Part shown: piece after piece, positions 47,076 to 57,997 of the stretch
Position numbering within the stretch: the stretch's first letter is position 1
How the letters are laid out: each line of letters starts with the position of its first letter
NCBI GenBank assembly: GCA_937894705.1
Contig: CALAXP010000025.1
Span: 14,962 to 78,961, forward strand
Origin: an uncultured Lachnospiraceae bacterium
GTDB lineage: Bacteria > Bacillota > Clostridia > Lachnospirales > Lachnospiraceae
Direction: 5' to 3'
DNA length: 64,000 nt
Program-made: the position numbers and the translations under genes
Notes under the pieces: generated by a model
Databases searched by the model: none
What the model was told of the DNA's origin: nothing
Seen by the model: only the letters and a program-made list of their open reading frames with translations

Positions 47076-48890
47076 ATGTGTGGAATTATTGGTTTTACGG
47101 GGAATGAACCAGCGAAGGATATTATCCTCGGCGGCTTGGAACGACTGGAGTACCGGGGATATGACAGCGCAGGATTAGCACTTTTGTCGAACGGTCAGAT
47201 TCAGGTGCGCAAACGTACCGGAAAGGTAGAGGAGTTACGGAAACTCTGCGAGGCAGAGAAAATGCCTGCTACTTGTGGAATTGGCCATACAAGATGGGCA
47301 ACCCACGGTGGGGTAACGGACGTGAATGCACACCCACACCGTGTCGGAAAGGTTGTACTGATCCACAATGGTATTATCGAGAATTACCGTCAGATCGTGA
47401 CAGAGTACGGACTTGCTGACCAGCTTGTATCAGAGACAGATTCTGAGGTTGTTGCAGCACTTCTGAACAAATTCTACGAGGGTGATCCGGTCAAGGCAAT
47501 CAAGAAGACCGTGAGGGTACTGTCCGGTACATTTGCACTCTGCATTATGTTTCAGGATATTCCGGATACGATCTATGCAATCCGGAATGTAAGCCCGATG
47601 GTGGCAACGTCCTGTGAGAGAGGTTCGGTCATTGCTTCCGACCTGACTGCGTTGATCGAGTTCTCGAAGGAGTATTTCGTAGTGCCGGAGTATCACATTC
47701 TGATACTGAAGAAGGACGGCGTTGAGATTCAGGATCTGAAAGGAAACAAAGTGACGCCACAGATGCTGACTGTGAACTGGGATATCACAAGTGCACAGAA
47801 GGGTGGTTATCCATTCTTTATGCTCAAGGAGATCTATGAGCAGCCGGATGCGATCCGCAACACGATCACACCACGGATCAATCAGGAGCTTCCGGACTTC
47901 ACGGAGGATGGCATTGATGATGAGATATTTAAGAATTGTAAGCGTATTTCAATTGTAGCCTGTGGTACAGCGATGCATGCAGGTATGGTTGGAAAGCATC
48001 TGATCGAGAAAAAGCTCCGGATTCCGGTGCATGTAGATTGCGCGTCAGAGTTCCGGTATAAAGATCCAATTATTGATGGAGATACATTGACGATCGTACT
48101 TTCCCAGTCGGGTGAGACGATTGATACATTAGAGGCGTTGAAGCTTGCGAAAAATCGGGGCTCCAAGGTGCTCTCTATCGTCAATGTAAAGGGAAGCACG
48201 ATCGCAAGAGAGAGCGATTATGTATTATACACACATGCGGGTCCGGAGATTGCCGTTGCATCGACGAAGGCATACACCGTACAGGTGGCAGCGATGTATC
48301 TGATCGCATGCCGGATCGGACTGGTGAAGGGACTCATCACCGAGCATGACGCAAAGCGTTTTATGACAAAGCTTACAAATGCGTCGAATATTGTAGAGCA
48401 GACATTAAAGAGTGCGGATGATATTAAGCGTGTGGCTGATCACATCAAGTTTGCAACGGATACGTTCTATATCGGAAGAGGTCTCGATTATACGATGAGT
48501 TTAGAGGCTGCACTGAAGTTAAAGGAGATTTCTTATGTGCATGCAGAAGCATATGCGGCAGGCGAACTGAAACATGGAACGATTGCTTTGATCTCGGAGA
48601 ATGTACCGGTCATCGCACTGGCAACCCAGGAGGATGTCTATGCGAAAATGATTTCGAATATCCGGGAAGTGAAAGCGAGAGGTGCGTACGTTGTACTTGT
48701 CAGCATGGATGAGGACGTGAATGATCCAAGCATCTGTGACCAGCATATCCGTCTTGCGAAGATGGATAGCGAATTTACATCCTTTGCAACAGCGGTTGTA
48801 TTGCAGTTGGTTGCATATTATACGTCAGAGGCAAAGGGACTGGATGTGGATAAGCCGAGAAATCTGGCGAAATCCGTAACCGTAGAATAA
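47076..48890 (+). CDS. glmS: Glutamine-fructose-6-phosphate transaminase
   Basis: MCGIIG, LEYRGYDSAG, GHTRWATHG, PRNLAKSVTVE. Confidence 0.99.
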   Translation: MCGIIGFTGNEPAKDIILGGLERLEYRGYDSAGLALLSNGQIQVRKRTGKVEELRKLCEAEKMPATCGIGHTRWATHGGVTDVNAHPHRVGKVVLIHNGIIENYRQIVTEYGLADQLVSETDSEVVAALLNKFYEGDPVKAIKKTVRVLSGTFALCIMFQDIPDTIYAIRNVSPMVATSCERGSVIASDLTALIEFSKEYFVVPEYHILILKKDGVEIQDLKGNKVTPQMLTVNWDITSAQKGGYPFFMLKEIYEQPDAIRNTITPRINQELPDFTEDGIDDEIFKNCKRISIVACGTAMHAGMVGKHLIEKKLRIPVHVDCASEFRYKDPIIDGDTLTIVLSQSGETIDTLEALKLAKNRGSKVLSIVNVKGSTIARESDYVLYTHAGPEIAVASTKAYTVQVAAMYLIACRIGLVKGLITEHDAKRFMTKLTNASNIVEQTLKSADDIKRVADHIKFATDTFYIGRGLDYTMSLEAALKLKEISYVHAEAYAAGELKHGTIALISENVPVIALATQEDVYAKMISNIREVKARGAYVVLVSMDEDVNDPSICDQHIRLAKMDSEFTSFATAVVLQLVAYYTSEAKGLDVDKPRNLAKSVTVE

Positions 48891-48942
48891 GATTAAGATA
48901 GGATATGAGCTGTCAGGATACTCTGGCAGCTCCTTTAAAGTT

Positions 48943-50280
48943 ATGAAAGATTTAACAAAAGGCTACCCGGCGAAGGTAATCATCCTGTTTGCCATACCAA
49001 TGATATTTGGCAGCATATTTCAACAGTTATATAATATAGCAGACAGCAAGATCGTGAGCACCTTTGTCGGCACCGAAGCGTTTGCAGCGGTTGGTGCGAC
49101 GAGTGTTGTATCAAATACACTGATCGGATTCTTAAATTCGTTGACGCTTGGGTTTGCAATCCCAATCGCGAACAGCTTCGGAGGAAAAGATTTTAAGCGG
49201 ATGCGCCGCATGGTGGCAGGTACGGTGCTGCTGACTATCGCAGGGGCAGTTTTGTTGACTGTTCTGATTCTGCTTCTGATTCCGGCAATTCTGCGGCTGC
49301 TTTCGACACCGGAGGATATTATGAGTCCGGCACTTGCATATGTACGCATCATCTTATATGGCATTATTTTCGTGTCTGTTTATAACATGTGTGCCAATGT
49401 ACTGCGTGCAGTCGGCGATAGCCGGACACCACTGTATTGTCTGATCATATCCGTGTTTGTAAATATCGGACTGGATCTGTTATTTGTGAATGGATTCCAT
49501 ATGGGAATTCAGGGTGCCGCGTGGGCAACGATTATTTCGCAGGCACTTTCGGCAGTACTCTGTCTAGGCTATATCCTGCTTAAGTTCCGGGATATCATAC
49601 CGGAGAAGGATGAGTGGAAGCCGGTCGAAGGACAGTACAGTGAGCTTCTCACAACGGGACTTGCGATGGGATTCATGTCGCTTGTCGTGAACTTCGGAAC
49701 GATCGTGCTACAGAGTGCGATCAACGGACTTGGAACGGCAATCGTTGCAGCGCACACGGCGGCAAGAAAGGTGTTTGATATCCTGACGGTATCGCTTTAC
49801 TGCCTTGGAAATGCAATGACAACGTATGTCAGTCAGAATATGGGAGCCGGGGAACCGTCGCGTATCCGGAGGGGTATCCGCCATGCCATGGTGATGGCAA
49901 CGGGGATTACAACGGTGCTTGTGATCATCTGCTTTACATTTGGCAAGGCGGTGTTTACATGGCTTGCGTCAACCGATGATGCAGCCATCGTCGATTCGGC
50001 GGTGATGTATTCAAGAATCAGTATCGTGTTTTTCTATGTGCTCGGACCACTTTTCATCCTGCGGTGCAGTCTGCAGGGGATGGGAAGGAAGGTAATTCCG
50101 GTCTGCTCGAGCGTGGTGGAGATGGCAATCAAGGTGCTTTCTGCGACGATTCTGGTGCCGAGACTTGCGTATTTTGGAGTCGCTTTGACAGAACCGGTAA
50201 GCTGGGTTTGTATGACAATCCTGCTTGCGACAGCATATTTTGCGAAGCCACCGGAACAGATGTTGCGAAAATCCGCATAG
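48943..50280 (+). CDS. MATE family efflux transporter
   Basis: FQQLYNIAD, LRAVGDSRTPL, GIQGAAWAT; 12 TMs. Confidence 0.92.
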   Translation: MKDLTKGYPAKVIILFAIPMIFGSIFQQLYNIADSKIVSTFVGTEAFAAVGATSVVSNTLIGFLNSLTLGFAIPIANSFGGKDFKRMRRMVAGTVLLTIAGAVLLTVLILLLIPAILRLLSTPEDIMSPALAYVRIILYGIIFVSVYNMCANVLRAVGDSRTPLYCLIISVFVNIGLDLLFVNGFHMGIQGAAWATIISQALSAVLCLGYILLKFRDIIPEKDEWKPVEGQYSELLTTGLAMGFMSLVVNFGTIVLQSAINGLGTAIVAAHTAARKVFDILTVSLYCLGNAMTTYVSQNMGAGEPSRIRRGIRHAMVMATGITTVLVIICFTFGKAVFTWLASTDDAAIVDSAVMYSRISIVFFYVLGPLFILRCSLQGMGRKVIPVCSSVVEMAIKVLSATILVPRLAYFGVALTEPVSWVCMTILLATAYFAKPPEQMLRKSA

Positions 50281-50328
50281 AATGGTATAATTCTAAAGAT
50301 TATAATATCGTCAAAGAAGGTGAAACAG

Positions 50329-50547
50329 ATGTCGAGACTGAAGACTCCGAAAAAACCGAAGAAAGCAAAGCCTGCGAAACCGCTTTACAGAGAACCCGTG
50401 AAGCGTATGTCACGCAAGGAGCGGAAGCTTAAGGAAAAACGAAGAAAGCAGATGAGCAAGCATATCGACCGTGCGATGGGATTTGTGGCGATTGTGCTGT
50501 GCGCTGTTTCAGCAATCTTGGACGAAAAAAATAATAAAGAAGCATAG
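50329..50547 (+). CDS. Small basic protein with C-terminal hydrophobic helix
   Basis: RBS GAAGGTG, Lys/Arg-rich N-terminus; fills the MATE-ptb gap. Confidence 0.6.
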   Translation: MSRLKTPKKPKKAKPAKPLYREPVKRMSRKERKLKEKRRKQMSKHIDRAMGFVAIVLCAVSAILDEKNNKEA

Positions 50548-50584
50548 CAAGAGGATAGAAAGAGGAAAGGAAGAGAACAGAACA

Positions 50585-51502
50585 ATGAAGAATTTTGAAG
50601 GATTACTTGAGCAGATCAAATCATGCAGCAAGAAGAAGCTTGCCGTAGCTGTTGCACAGGATGATGCAGTCCTTGAAGCGGTAAAGGCAGCAAAGGATAA
50701 GGATATTGCAGATGCGATTCTGGTTGGTGATGCAGATAAGATCAAGGAGATCGCTGCAAGTATGGACATGAGCTTAGAGGGCTTTGAGATTATCGATGTG
50801 AAGGATCCGACAGAAGCAGCTCTGACAGCAGTCAAGCTCGTACATGATGGCGAGGCAGATATGTACATGAAGGGACTCATTGATACAAAGGGATTCCTGA
50901 AGAGCGTACTCAACAAGGAAGTTGGCCTTAGAACCGGTAAGGCTCTGTCACATGTATGTCTGTTTGAGATCGAAGGCTTCAAGAAGATGTTCTTCCTGAC
51001 TGACGTTGCATTTATTCCATACCCAACATTGGAGGAGAAGGTTGATATCATCAACAATACGGTTGAGGTTGCGCATGCATGTGGTATCGAGTGTCCAAAG
51101 GTAGCTCCGCTTGCAGCCGTCGAGGTTGTAAATCCGAAGATGCCTGTTACAGTTGAGGCTGCTGAACTTACAAAGATGAATGAAGAGGGTAAGATCACAG
51201 GATGTATCGTCGATGGACCTCTTTCTATGGATCTTGCAATTGATCCGGAAGCTGCAAAGCATAAGGGAGCAACAAACCGTAAGATCGTTGGTGACGCTGA
51301 TATCTTACTGTTCCCAGACATTCATGCAGGAAACATCACATACAAGACATTGGTTCACACAGCAAAGGTTAAGAACGGCTGTATCTTAACAGGTACACAG
51401 GCACCAGTTATCCTGACATCCCGTTCCGATACATTTGAGACAAAGGTAAATTCCATTGCCCTTGCAGCTATCGTTGCTGAAAACTTAAAGAAGAACAAAT
51501 AA
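50585..51502 (+). CDS. ptb: Phosphate butyryltransferase
   Basis: MKGLIDT, LAAVEVVNPKM, VDGPLSMDLA, LTSRSD; directly upstream of buk. Confidence 0.93.
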   Translation: MKNFEGLLEQIKSCSKKKLAVAVAQDDAVLEAVKAAKDKDIADAILVGDADKIKEIAASMDMSLEGFEIIDVKDPTEAALTAVKLVHDGEADMYMKGLIDTKGFLKSVLNKEVGLRTGKALSHVCLFEIEGFKKMFFLTDVAFIPYPTLEEKVDIINNTVEVAHACGIECPKVAPLAAVEVVNPKMPVTVEAAELTKMNEEGKITGCIVDGPLSMDLAIDPEAAKHKGATNRKIVGDADILLFPDIHAGNITYKTLVHTAKVKNGCILTGTQAPVILTSRSDTFETKVNSIALAAIVAENLKKNK

Positions 51503-51535
51503 ATTATAAGCATAAATAAGCAGGAGGATAATAAA

Positions 51536-52603
51536 ATGAGTTATAAGTCATTGATCATCAATCCAGGTTCTACATCGACAAAGATTGGTGTATTCGAAGA
51601 TGAGACATTGTTGTTCGAGGAGACACTGCGTCACTCCACAGAGGAGATCGCACAGTTCGATTCCATTGTTGCACAGAAGGACTTCCGTAAGGACGTTATC
51701 GCAAAGGTTTTAGCTGAGAACAATTTCGATATCAAGACACTGGATGTTGTTGTAGGTCGTGGTGGCCTGCTGAAGCCAATCCCAGGTGGTACATACACGG
51801 TTACAGATGAACTGGTGAAGGATCTGGTAGAGGCAAAGCGGGGCGAGCATGCATCAAACCTCGGAGGTATTCTGGCAAAGGATTTCGCAGACGAGCTTGG
51901 AATCCCTGCTTATATTGTAGATCCAGTTGTTGTTGATGAGTTGCAGGATGTTGCAAGACTTTCCGGACACCCGGAGCTTCCTAGAACAAGTATCTTCCAT
52001 GCACTGAACCAGAAGGCAGTTGCAAAGCGTTATGCAAAGGAAGTTGGTAAGAAGTATGAGGACTTGAATCTTATCGTTGTTCATATGGGTGGCGGTGTTT
52101 CCGTTGGTGCTCATACAGGCGGTAAGGTTGTAGATGTATTCAACGCATTGGATGGCGATGGTGCATTCTCACCAGAACGTGCCGGTGGTGTTCCAAACGG
52201 CGAGCTGGTTCGTCTGTGCTACTCAGGAAAATACACAGAGAAGGAAATGATCAAGCAGCTCGTTGGTAAGGCAGGATTTAACGCATACTGCGGTTCCAAC
52301 GATGCAAGAGATATCGAGGCTATGGCAAAGAATGGTGACAAGCATGCACAGCTTGTATTCGATGCATTCTTATATCAGGTATCAAAGGATATCGGAGCAC
52401 AGGCAGCGGTTCTTTATGGTAAGGTTGATCAGATCATCCTGACAGGCGGTATCGCATATGGCAAGTATGCAACCGAGGAGATCACAAAGAGAGTACAGTT
52501 TATCGCACCAGTTACAGTATATGGCGGCGAGGACGAGCTTCTTGCTCTGGCACAGGGCGCACTTCGTGTATTAAATGGCGAGGAAGAAGCAAAGGTTTAC
52601 TAA
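51536..52603 (+). CDS. buk: Butyrate kinase
   Basis: [39 protein letters not shown]. Confidence 0.96.
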   Translation: MSYKSLIINPGSTSTKIGVFEDETLLFEETLRHSTEEIAQFDSIVAQKDFRKDVIAKVLAENNFDIKTLDVVVGRGGLLKPIPGGTYTVTDELVKDLVEAKRGEHASNLGGILAKDFADELGIPAYIVDPVVVDELQDVARLSGHPELPRTSIFHALNQKAVAKRYAKEVGKKYEDLNLIVVHMGGGVSVGAHTGGKVVDVFNALDGDGAFSPERAGGVPNGELVRLCYSGKYTEKEMIKQLVGKAGFNAYCGSNDARDIEAMAKNGDKHAQLVFDAFLYQVSKDIGAQAAVLYGKVDQIILTGGIAYGKYATEEITKRVQFIAPVTVYGGEDELLALAQGALRVLNGEEEAKVY

Positions 52604-52630
52604 GAGTAGACATATATTTGGAGGGATAGA

Positions 52631-55084
52631 ATGGACGAAAATAACACACAGCAGCCGGGAGGTTTCCCGGATACGACTGGAAATGTGAATCCACAGCAGC
52701 CGGATACGACCGGATATACGAATCCGCCACAGTCAGACATGACGGGATACGCAAATCCGCAACAGCCGGATATGACCGGATATTACGGACAGCAGCCGGG
52801 ACAGCCGGACATGACGGGATACTATGGACAGCAGCCGGGACAGCCGGATATGACTGGATATTACGGACAGCAGCCGGGACAGCCGGACATGACGGGATAT
52901 TATGGACAGCAGCCGATGCCGCCACAGACAGGCGGTAAGAAACCGAAGAAGCCAATGACAAAGGGCAAGCTGGGCGCATTGATCGGTGCTGGCGTTGCGA
53001 TTGTTGCACTGGTTGTATGTGGCGTCATTTTCCTTCCAAAGATTTTTAAGTCAGATAAGGAAGTCGTATTAGACGCGATGGAAGAGACATTTTCTTCCTA
53101 CAGCACCGGCGGAGAGAGAAATGATGTAGTCGGATTCGATGAGGTGATGAAGGCTTACAATGAGAAGGGTGGAGACAGCAGTCTCAACCTGACATTTAAC
53201 TCAGGTGAAGGTGAAAATGCTTACGCAATCGGCTGGAGTCAGAATAACGCAGTGGATCAGAAAAATAAGAAGCTTTCTGCGGATGGCTCGATTACAATCG
53301 GTGGCGATGATCTCCTGTCGTATGAGGTTTTTGGCGATGAAGATACGATGACAGTCGGTATACCAGAGCTGCTTGCCGGTTATCTTGTATATCCGGCGGA
53401 TGATCCGATGGGCGCACTTGCAAATTCACCAGCCGGACAGTCACTTGGGCTGGACGCATCGGCACTTGCCGGATACAGTTTAAACGCATTTGCAACTGGT
53501 TCTGATGAATCCGGTCTCACAAGTGGATATGTAAGTGCACTGGAGACAATCTGGGATGCTGCGGAATTCAAGAAGCAGGGAAGTGCCAAGATCACGGTCA
53601 ATGGCGAGAATGTAACAGCCAAGGAATATTATGTGACATGGGCCAAGGAAGATCTGCAGGATGCATGTGTATCCGCAATCGACGGTTTGACAGAAATGGT
53701 AACAGGCTCGCAGGATACACTTGATCAGCTTGGGATGAGTGCAGATGATTATGAGTATTACATGGATCAGTTGAAAGCGGCTGTGCCAAGTGTCATTAAG
53801 CATGATCTGTGCGTGAAAGTATATGTGAAGGGCAAGAGAGCCGTTAAGATCACATGCAGCGATAAGATCAACATCTTGAATATGGTGAAGATTGATTATG
53901 ATTTCTGGCTGGATGCCGGTAAGGATGATCTGTCAGGAAACTTAAGCTTTGATGTGTCAGGCACTTCCGTTGGTGTGAAGTTCGAGGCACATGATATCAG
54001 CGGAAATACATATGGAAATGTAAAGGCATTTGCCGGTGACAAAGAAATTGGATTGGATTTCACAAAGGATGTTGTAGAGTCCGGTGATACAGTTACGACA
54101 ACGGTAAAGATTTCCGCTTCTTCGTACCTGTCTGTTGACTGGGAGAAGACATTTAACAAGACAGACAATACATTTGAAAATACCATCAATGCCAATATCG
54201 TAGGCGCAGATACTTATGTATTTAATTACAAGGGCGCTTACAAAGACATCAACAAGGGTGTCGGCTATACCGTGGCAATCGATTCGTTCGAACTGAAGTC
54301 AGCCAACCAGACACTCTGCAATGGAAGTATTGATACAACGATCGATACATCGAAGATTTCTGTACAGCAGATGGATGCAGGCAAAAAGGTATATGATCTT
54401 GCAACCATGACAGAAGACGATCTGCAGACATTGGGTGAAGAAAGCCAGCAGCTGATGGATGCATGGGTAGAGCGATTATCTGATAACACAGCATTTGTAA
54501 ATCTGATGGACGCATTGAACAGTCTGTTTGGAACAAATTCCGATCTGCTTGATCAGGTGGAAGAGGATATTGACGAAGACACAGCTACTTATAGCGATGC
54601 AGATTTCAGCGACGATAATACAGATGAAATCACCCTTGATGACGCATCGGTTATGACCTCTGATGGAAGTGCAAAATACAAGATCAAGGGATGTATCGAC
54701 GGATTTAGTTTCGGGTATGCGAATGGGTATAACGTTATGTTTGAGACAGAACAGGTATCTACAATGCAGTATGGGTTAAATACAGCAGAATCTGCATCCG
54801 ACGCATTGGATTCTGTCTATTATGATATGTCCAATATCAGCAGCTACGAAATTCTGGATACACAGTTAAATCAGACAGCGAAGGTAGAAGACAAGGATGT
54901 GCTTTATAACGTACAGACTTACGATGCATTTCAGATGAAATGTATGAATGTCACAGCCGTGATCGAAGTAGAACCGGGTGTGTTCCTGAATATGCAGGCA
55001 GATATTTATCTGGATAATGATGACTATACTGTGGAGCAGCTGCTGCAGGCACTGGAATCCAAGTACTATGAGAAGATACAGTAA
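52631..55084 (+). CDS. Membrane-anchored protein with N-terminal Q/P/G/Y repeats and a large acidic extracellular region
   Basis: 817 aa; single TM after a Lys-rich stretch. Confidence 0.8.
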   Translation: MDENNTQQPGGFPDTTGNVNPQQPDTTGYTNPPQSDMTGYANPQQPDMTGYYGQQPGQPDMTGYYGQQPGQPDMTGYYGQQPGQPDMTGYYGQQPMPPQTGGKKPKKPMTKGKLGALIGAGVAIVALVVCGVIFLPKIFKSDKEVVLDAMEETFSSYSTGGERNDVVGFDEVMKAYNEKGGDSSLNLTFNSGEGENAYAIGWSQNNAVDQKNKKLSADGSITIGGDDLLSYEVFGDEDTMTVGIPELLAGYLVYPADDPMGALANSPAGQSLGLDASALAGYSLNAFATGSDESGLTSGYVSALETIWDAAEFKKQGSAKITVNGENVTAKEYYVTWAKEDLQDACVSAIDGLTEMVTGSQDTLDQLGMSADDYEYYMDQLKAAVPSVIKHDLCVKVYVKGKRAVKITCSDKINILNMVKIDYDFWLDAGKDDLSGNLSFDVSGTSVGVKFEAHDISGNTYGNVKAFAGDKEIGLDFTKDVVESGDTVTTTVKISASSYLSVDWEKTFNKTDNTFENTINANIVGADTYVFNYKGAYKDINKGVGYTVAIDSFELKSANQTLCNGSIDTTIDTSKISVQQMDAGKKVYDLATMTEDDLQTLGEESQQLMDAWVERLSDNTAFVNLMDALNSLFGTNSDLLDQVEEDIDEDTATYSDADFSDDNTDEITLDDASVMTSDGSAKYKIKGCIDGFSFGYANGYNVMFETEQVSTMQYGLNTAESASDALDSVYYDMSNISSYEILDTQLNQTAKVEDKDVLYNVQTYDAFQMKCMNVTAVIEVEPGVFLNMQADIYLDNDDYTVEQLLQALESKYYEKIQ
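52763..52915 (+). repeat. In-frame 39-nt tandem repeat, about 4 copies (QPDMTGYYGQQPG)
   Basis: Units start at 52763, 52802, 52841 and 52880; preceded by three related 33-nt units. Confidence 0.92.
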
Positions 55085-55101
55085 AAATAGAGGAAAATTA
55101 T

Positions 55102-55884
55102 ATGATTCGTTATTGTAAGATCAAACATTGTATCATCGGCTTTGACCGGCCGAAGATCTGTGTGCCGCTGGTCGGACGGACGGCGGAGGAGATCATAGCG
55201 CAGGCGGATCAGATAAGACAGTCAAAGAGAAGCTCTGCCATTGATATGGTGGAGCTTCGTGGCGATTATCTGGATATTTTGCCGGACTATGAACAATTGG
55301 ATAGCTTGCTTGCGAAGGTAGCAGAGCTTCTGCCTGAGAAGGTGCTGCTGTTTACGATCCGGAGTGAGGCGGAGGGTGGCGAGAAGCTTGCTTTTACCGC
55401 GCCGACGATCTATGAGATCAACCAACATGTGATCGGACAGGCAGTTGCAGATATGGTGGATGTCGAACTGTTTTCAGGAGCGGAGCAGGCGAAGAACCTG
55501 ATTGGGCTTGCAAAGGAAAAAGGGGTAAAGATTATCATGTCGAATCATGATTTCCAGACTACGCCGGATGCATCGACGATTGTGAACCGGCTGCGCAGTA
55601 TGCAGGATCTGGGGGCAGATGTTGCAAAGATCGCGGTAATGCCGAAGAATAAAATGCATGTGGTCAATCTGCTTGCAGCAACTGCAATGATGCAGGAGGC
55701 ATATGCAGAAGTGCCGATTGTCACAATGTCTATGGGGAAGATGGGGGCAATCAGCCGGATCAGCGGACAGGTATTTGGAAGCACGATTACATTTGCAAGC
55801 TTTGCAGAGGCGTCTGCACCGGGACAGATTCCGGTTGAGAAGATGGACGAAGCGCTTACACTGATAGAAAAATATTGTAACTAG
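55102..55884 (+). CDS. aroD: Type I 3-dehydroquinate dehydratase
   Basis: PKICVP, FTIRSEAEGGE, SNHDF, KIAVMP, SAPGQ. Confidence 0.96.
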   Translation: MIRYCKIKHCIIGFDRPKICVPLVGRTAEEIIAQADQIRQSKRSSAIDMVELRGDYLDILPDYEQLDSLLAKVAELLPEKVLLFTIRSEAEGGEKLAFTAPTIYEINQHVIGQAVADMVDVELFSGAEQAKNLIGLAKEKGVKIIMSNHDFQTTPDASTIVNRLRSMQDLGADVAKIAVMPKNKMHVVNLLAATAMMQEAYAEVPIVTMSMGKMGAISRISGQVFGSTITFASFAEASAPGQIPVEKMDEALTLIEKYCN

Positions 55885-55948
55885 AAGAGGAAAAAGCAGA
55901 AAGACAGAAGGAGGTTTTTCTGCTTTTATTTTATGAGGGGAAACTAGA

Positions 55949-56767
55949 TTGAGGGAGAGAAAAATTGTCCTGTTTGTCATGGGGAATGAACAGATATGGG
56001 ACAGAAGTCGTATGATCGCAGACCAGCTATCACTGGAATATTCCGTAAAGATTGTCAGAAATTATATAACTGCCTACAAGATAATCGTCGAGCATCAGGT
56101 TGATGTTATTGTGTGTGGACCGACGGAGGAACGGTTTCATCAGAACATGGCGGACGCATACCGGTTTATGGAGTCGGTGCGCAGATTAAAGCGTTATCGA
56201 AAGACGCCGATGATATTGATCTCCGATGTGGAAGATCCAAGCAGTTATTGTGATCAGGAGCTTCGCTGCTTTGAAGTTATTGACACACTTGCGATCGAAG
56301 AGCGGTTGTGTGCGACACTTGGACAGGCATTGCAGGAGGGCGGGTATCCAAGGGCAGGTATACACTCGTCCGCGCGGCGGGACAAGCTGGAAGCGCGAAT
56401 GCTGTACATCCAAAATCAGAATGTACTCTATCCCATCCAATGTGCACAGGTTAGTCACATACAGGCAATCAACCGCACGATGGAGGTGTGCCTGCACAGC
56501 GGAGGGAGATATCCTGTGCGCTACATTACTCTGCAGCAGCTTCTGGAGGTTGCGGATGTATGGTATTTTCTGCAGTGCTCGCGAAGCGGGATCATCAATG
56601 CGAATTATGTGCAGGCAATCGACTATACGAATCGGATCATCACGATGCGGAACTCCGAACAGATTGCAATCGGTTCCACCTACGTGCGGTCCCTGCATGA
56701 ACAGTTTCCGACTGTGCAGGAAATGTGGATGCGCAAGCAGAAGCGCAGATTTTGTCAGAATGAATGA
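55949..56767 (+). CDS. LytTR-domain regulator with degenerate receiver domain
   Basis: FLQCSRSGIINANYV LytTR motif; TTG start. Confidence 0.75.
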   Translation: MRERKIVLFVMGNEQIWDRSRMIADQLSLEYSVKIVRNYITAYKIIVEHQVDVIVCGPTEERFHQNMADAYRFMESVRRLKRYRKTPMILISDVEDPSSYCDQELRCFEVIDTLAIEERLCATLGQALQEGGYPRAGIHSSARRDKLEARMLYIQNQNVLYPIQCAQVSHIQAINRTMEVCLHSGGRYPVRYITLQQLLEVADVWYFLQCSRSGIINANYVQAIDYTNRIITMRNSEQIAIGSTYVRSLHEQFPTVQEMWMRKQKRRFCQNE

Positions 56768-56776
56768 CAGAAATAA

Positions 56777-56816
56777 AAATACCGGACATGGGAAAACATC
56801 TCCTTGTCCGGTGTTT
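56777..56816. terminator. Terminator between convergent genes
   Basis: AAATACCGGACA/TGTCCGGTGTTT stem. Confidence 0.7.
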
Positions 56817-56838
56817 GTGTAAAGTCCTGAGTGGATCA

Positions 56839-57819
56839 TTATTCCATTGGGTATTTGATCTGCCAGGTCTTTCTTAAAGAATCGCAGATCTGCATGATAC
56901 GAAGTGTTTCGGAATGAGGCATCTCCGGGCATTCGATCTGGCCAACGATGATCGCGTCTCTGGCTGCGATAAACTCAAATTCATAACCGGTTGTCTGTTT
57001 GTCCGGCTTCTTTGTCTCAAGCACGAGCTTGTGATCTGCATTGTAAATACGGAATGTTTCCGGGCAGTTGATGTTGTCAATCTCGATATAGCCACGGTCA
57101 CCATAGATTTTGGCGTTGTTATCCGGCTGGTACATCAACGTCACGAATGCATTTGCACATCTGCCGCCCTTGTAAGTGATCTGCAGCACTTCCTGTGCAT
57201 CAACGCCGGTATCCAGCTTTGCACAGGTAGAAGCAATCATTGGGGCTTCTGAACCATAAAGCATGGAAACAAGGTTCAATGGGTATACACCGAGGTCAAG
57301 CAGCGCGCCACCGGCAAGCTCCGGCTTTGTCAGGCGTTCTTTTCTTAAAAGGGAATAACCGAGGGAACAGGTAATGTTGTTCACGCGGCCGATCGCACCC
57401 TTCTGGATGTATTCTGCCATCAGGCGGTACATCGGCATGAAACGGATCCACATTGCCTCGCCACAGAACAGGTTCTTCTCTTTTGCAAGGTTCAGAACCT
57501 CTTCGGCTGTAGCTGCGTTATAAGAAAATGCTTTCTCAACAAGCACTGGTTTTCCGGCATTCAGACAAAGCTTTGCGTGCTCTGCATGATGGGAATGCGG
57601 GGTCGCAATGTAGATGAGCTCGACATCCGGATCAGCCACCAGTTCCTCATAAGAGCCATAAAATTTGGTGACGCCGTGTTCTTTGGCGAATGCTTCTGCT
57701 TTGCTGATGTCGCGGGAAGCGATTGCGTATGCTTCGAACGCATCCAAATCTCTGAGTGTATCTGCAATCACGCCGGCGATTTTCCCGGCACCCATAATTC
57801 CGACTTTAAAATTAATCAT
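56839..57819 (-). CDS. Gfo/Idh/MocA family oxidoreductase
   Basis: GIMGAGKIA, YIATPHSHH, LVEK, GGALLDLGVY. Confidence 0.92.
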   Translation of the reverse strand: MINFKVGIMGAGKIAGVIADTLRDLDAFEAYAIASRDISKAEAFAKEHGVTKFYGSYEELVADPDVELIYIATPHSHHAEHAKLCLNAGKPVLVEKAFSYNAATAEEVLNLAKEKNLFCGEAMWIRFMPMYRLMAEYIQKGAIGRVNNITCSLGYSLLRKERLTKPELAGGALLDLGVYPLNLVSMLYGSEAPMIASTCAKLDTGVDAQEVLQITYKGGRCANAFVTLMYQPDNNAKIYGDRGYIEIDNINCPETFRIYNADHKLVLETKKPDKQTTGYEFEFIAARDAIIVGQIECPEMPHSETLRIMQICDSLRKTWQIKYPME

Positions 57820-57997
57820 ATAAAACTCCTTCCGTGTCAGCGGTATGACTCCATAACTATTTTTGATTATACCAAAATATAATGATTTTTTGAATAGCTT
57901 TTTCGAATATAAATTGGATCTTCAGTCGGGTAAATGTTTATTTACCTAAAATTAACAGAATAATGATTTTTTATTTTACACATGTCCATTATGATGT

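Noticed and set aside
52763..52915. Regular 39-nt repeats as a CRISPR array
   Set aside because: Head-to-tail with no unique spacers, in frame within a CDS, and no cas genes in the window.
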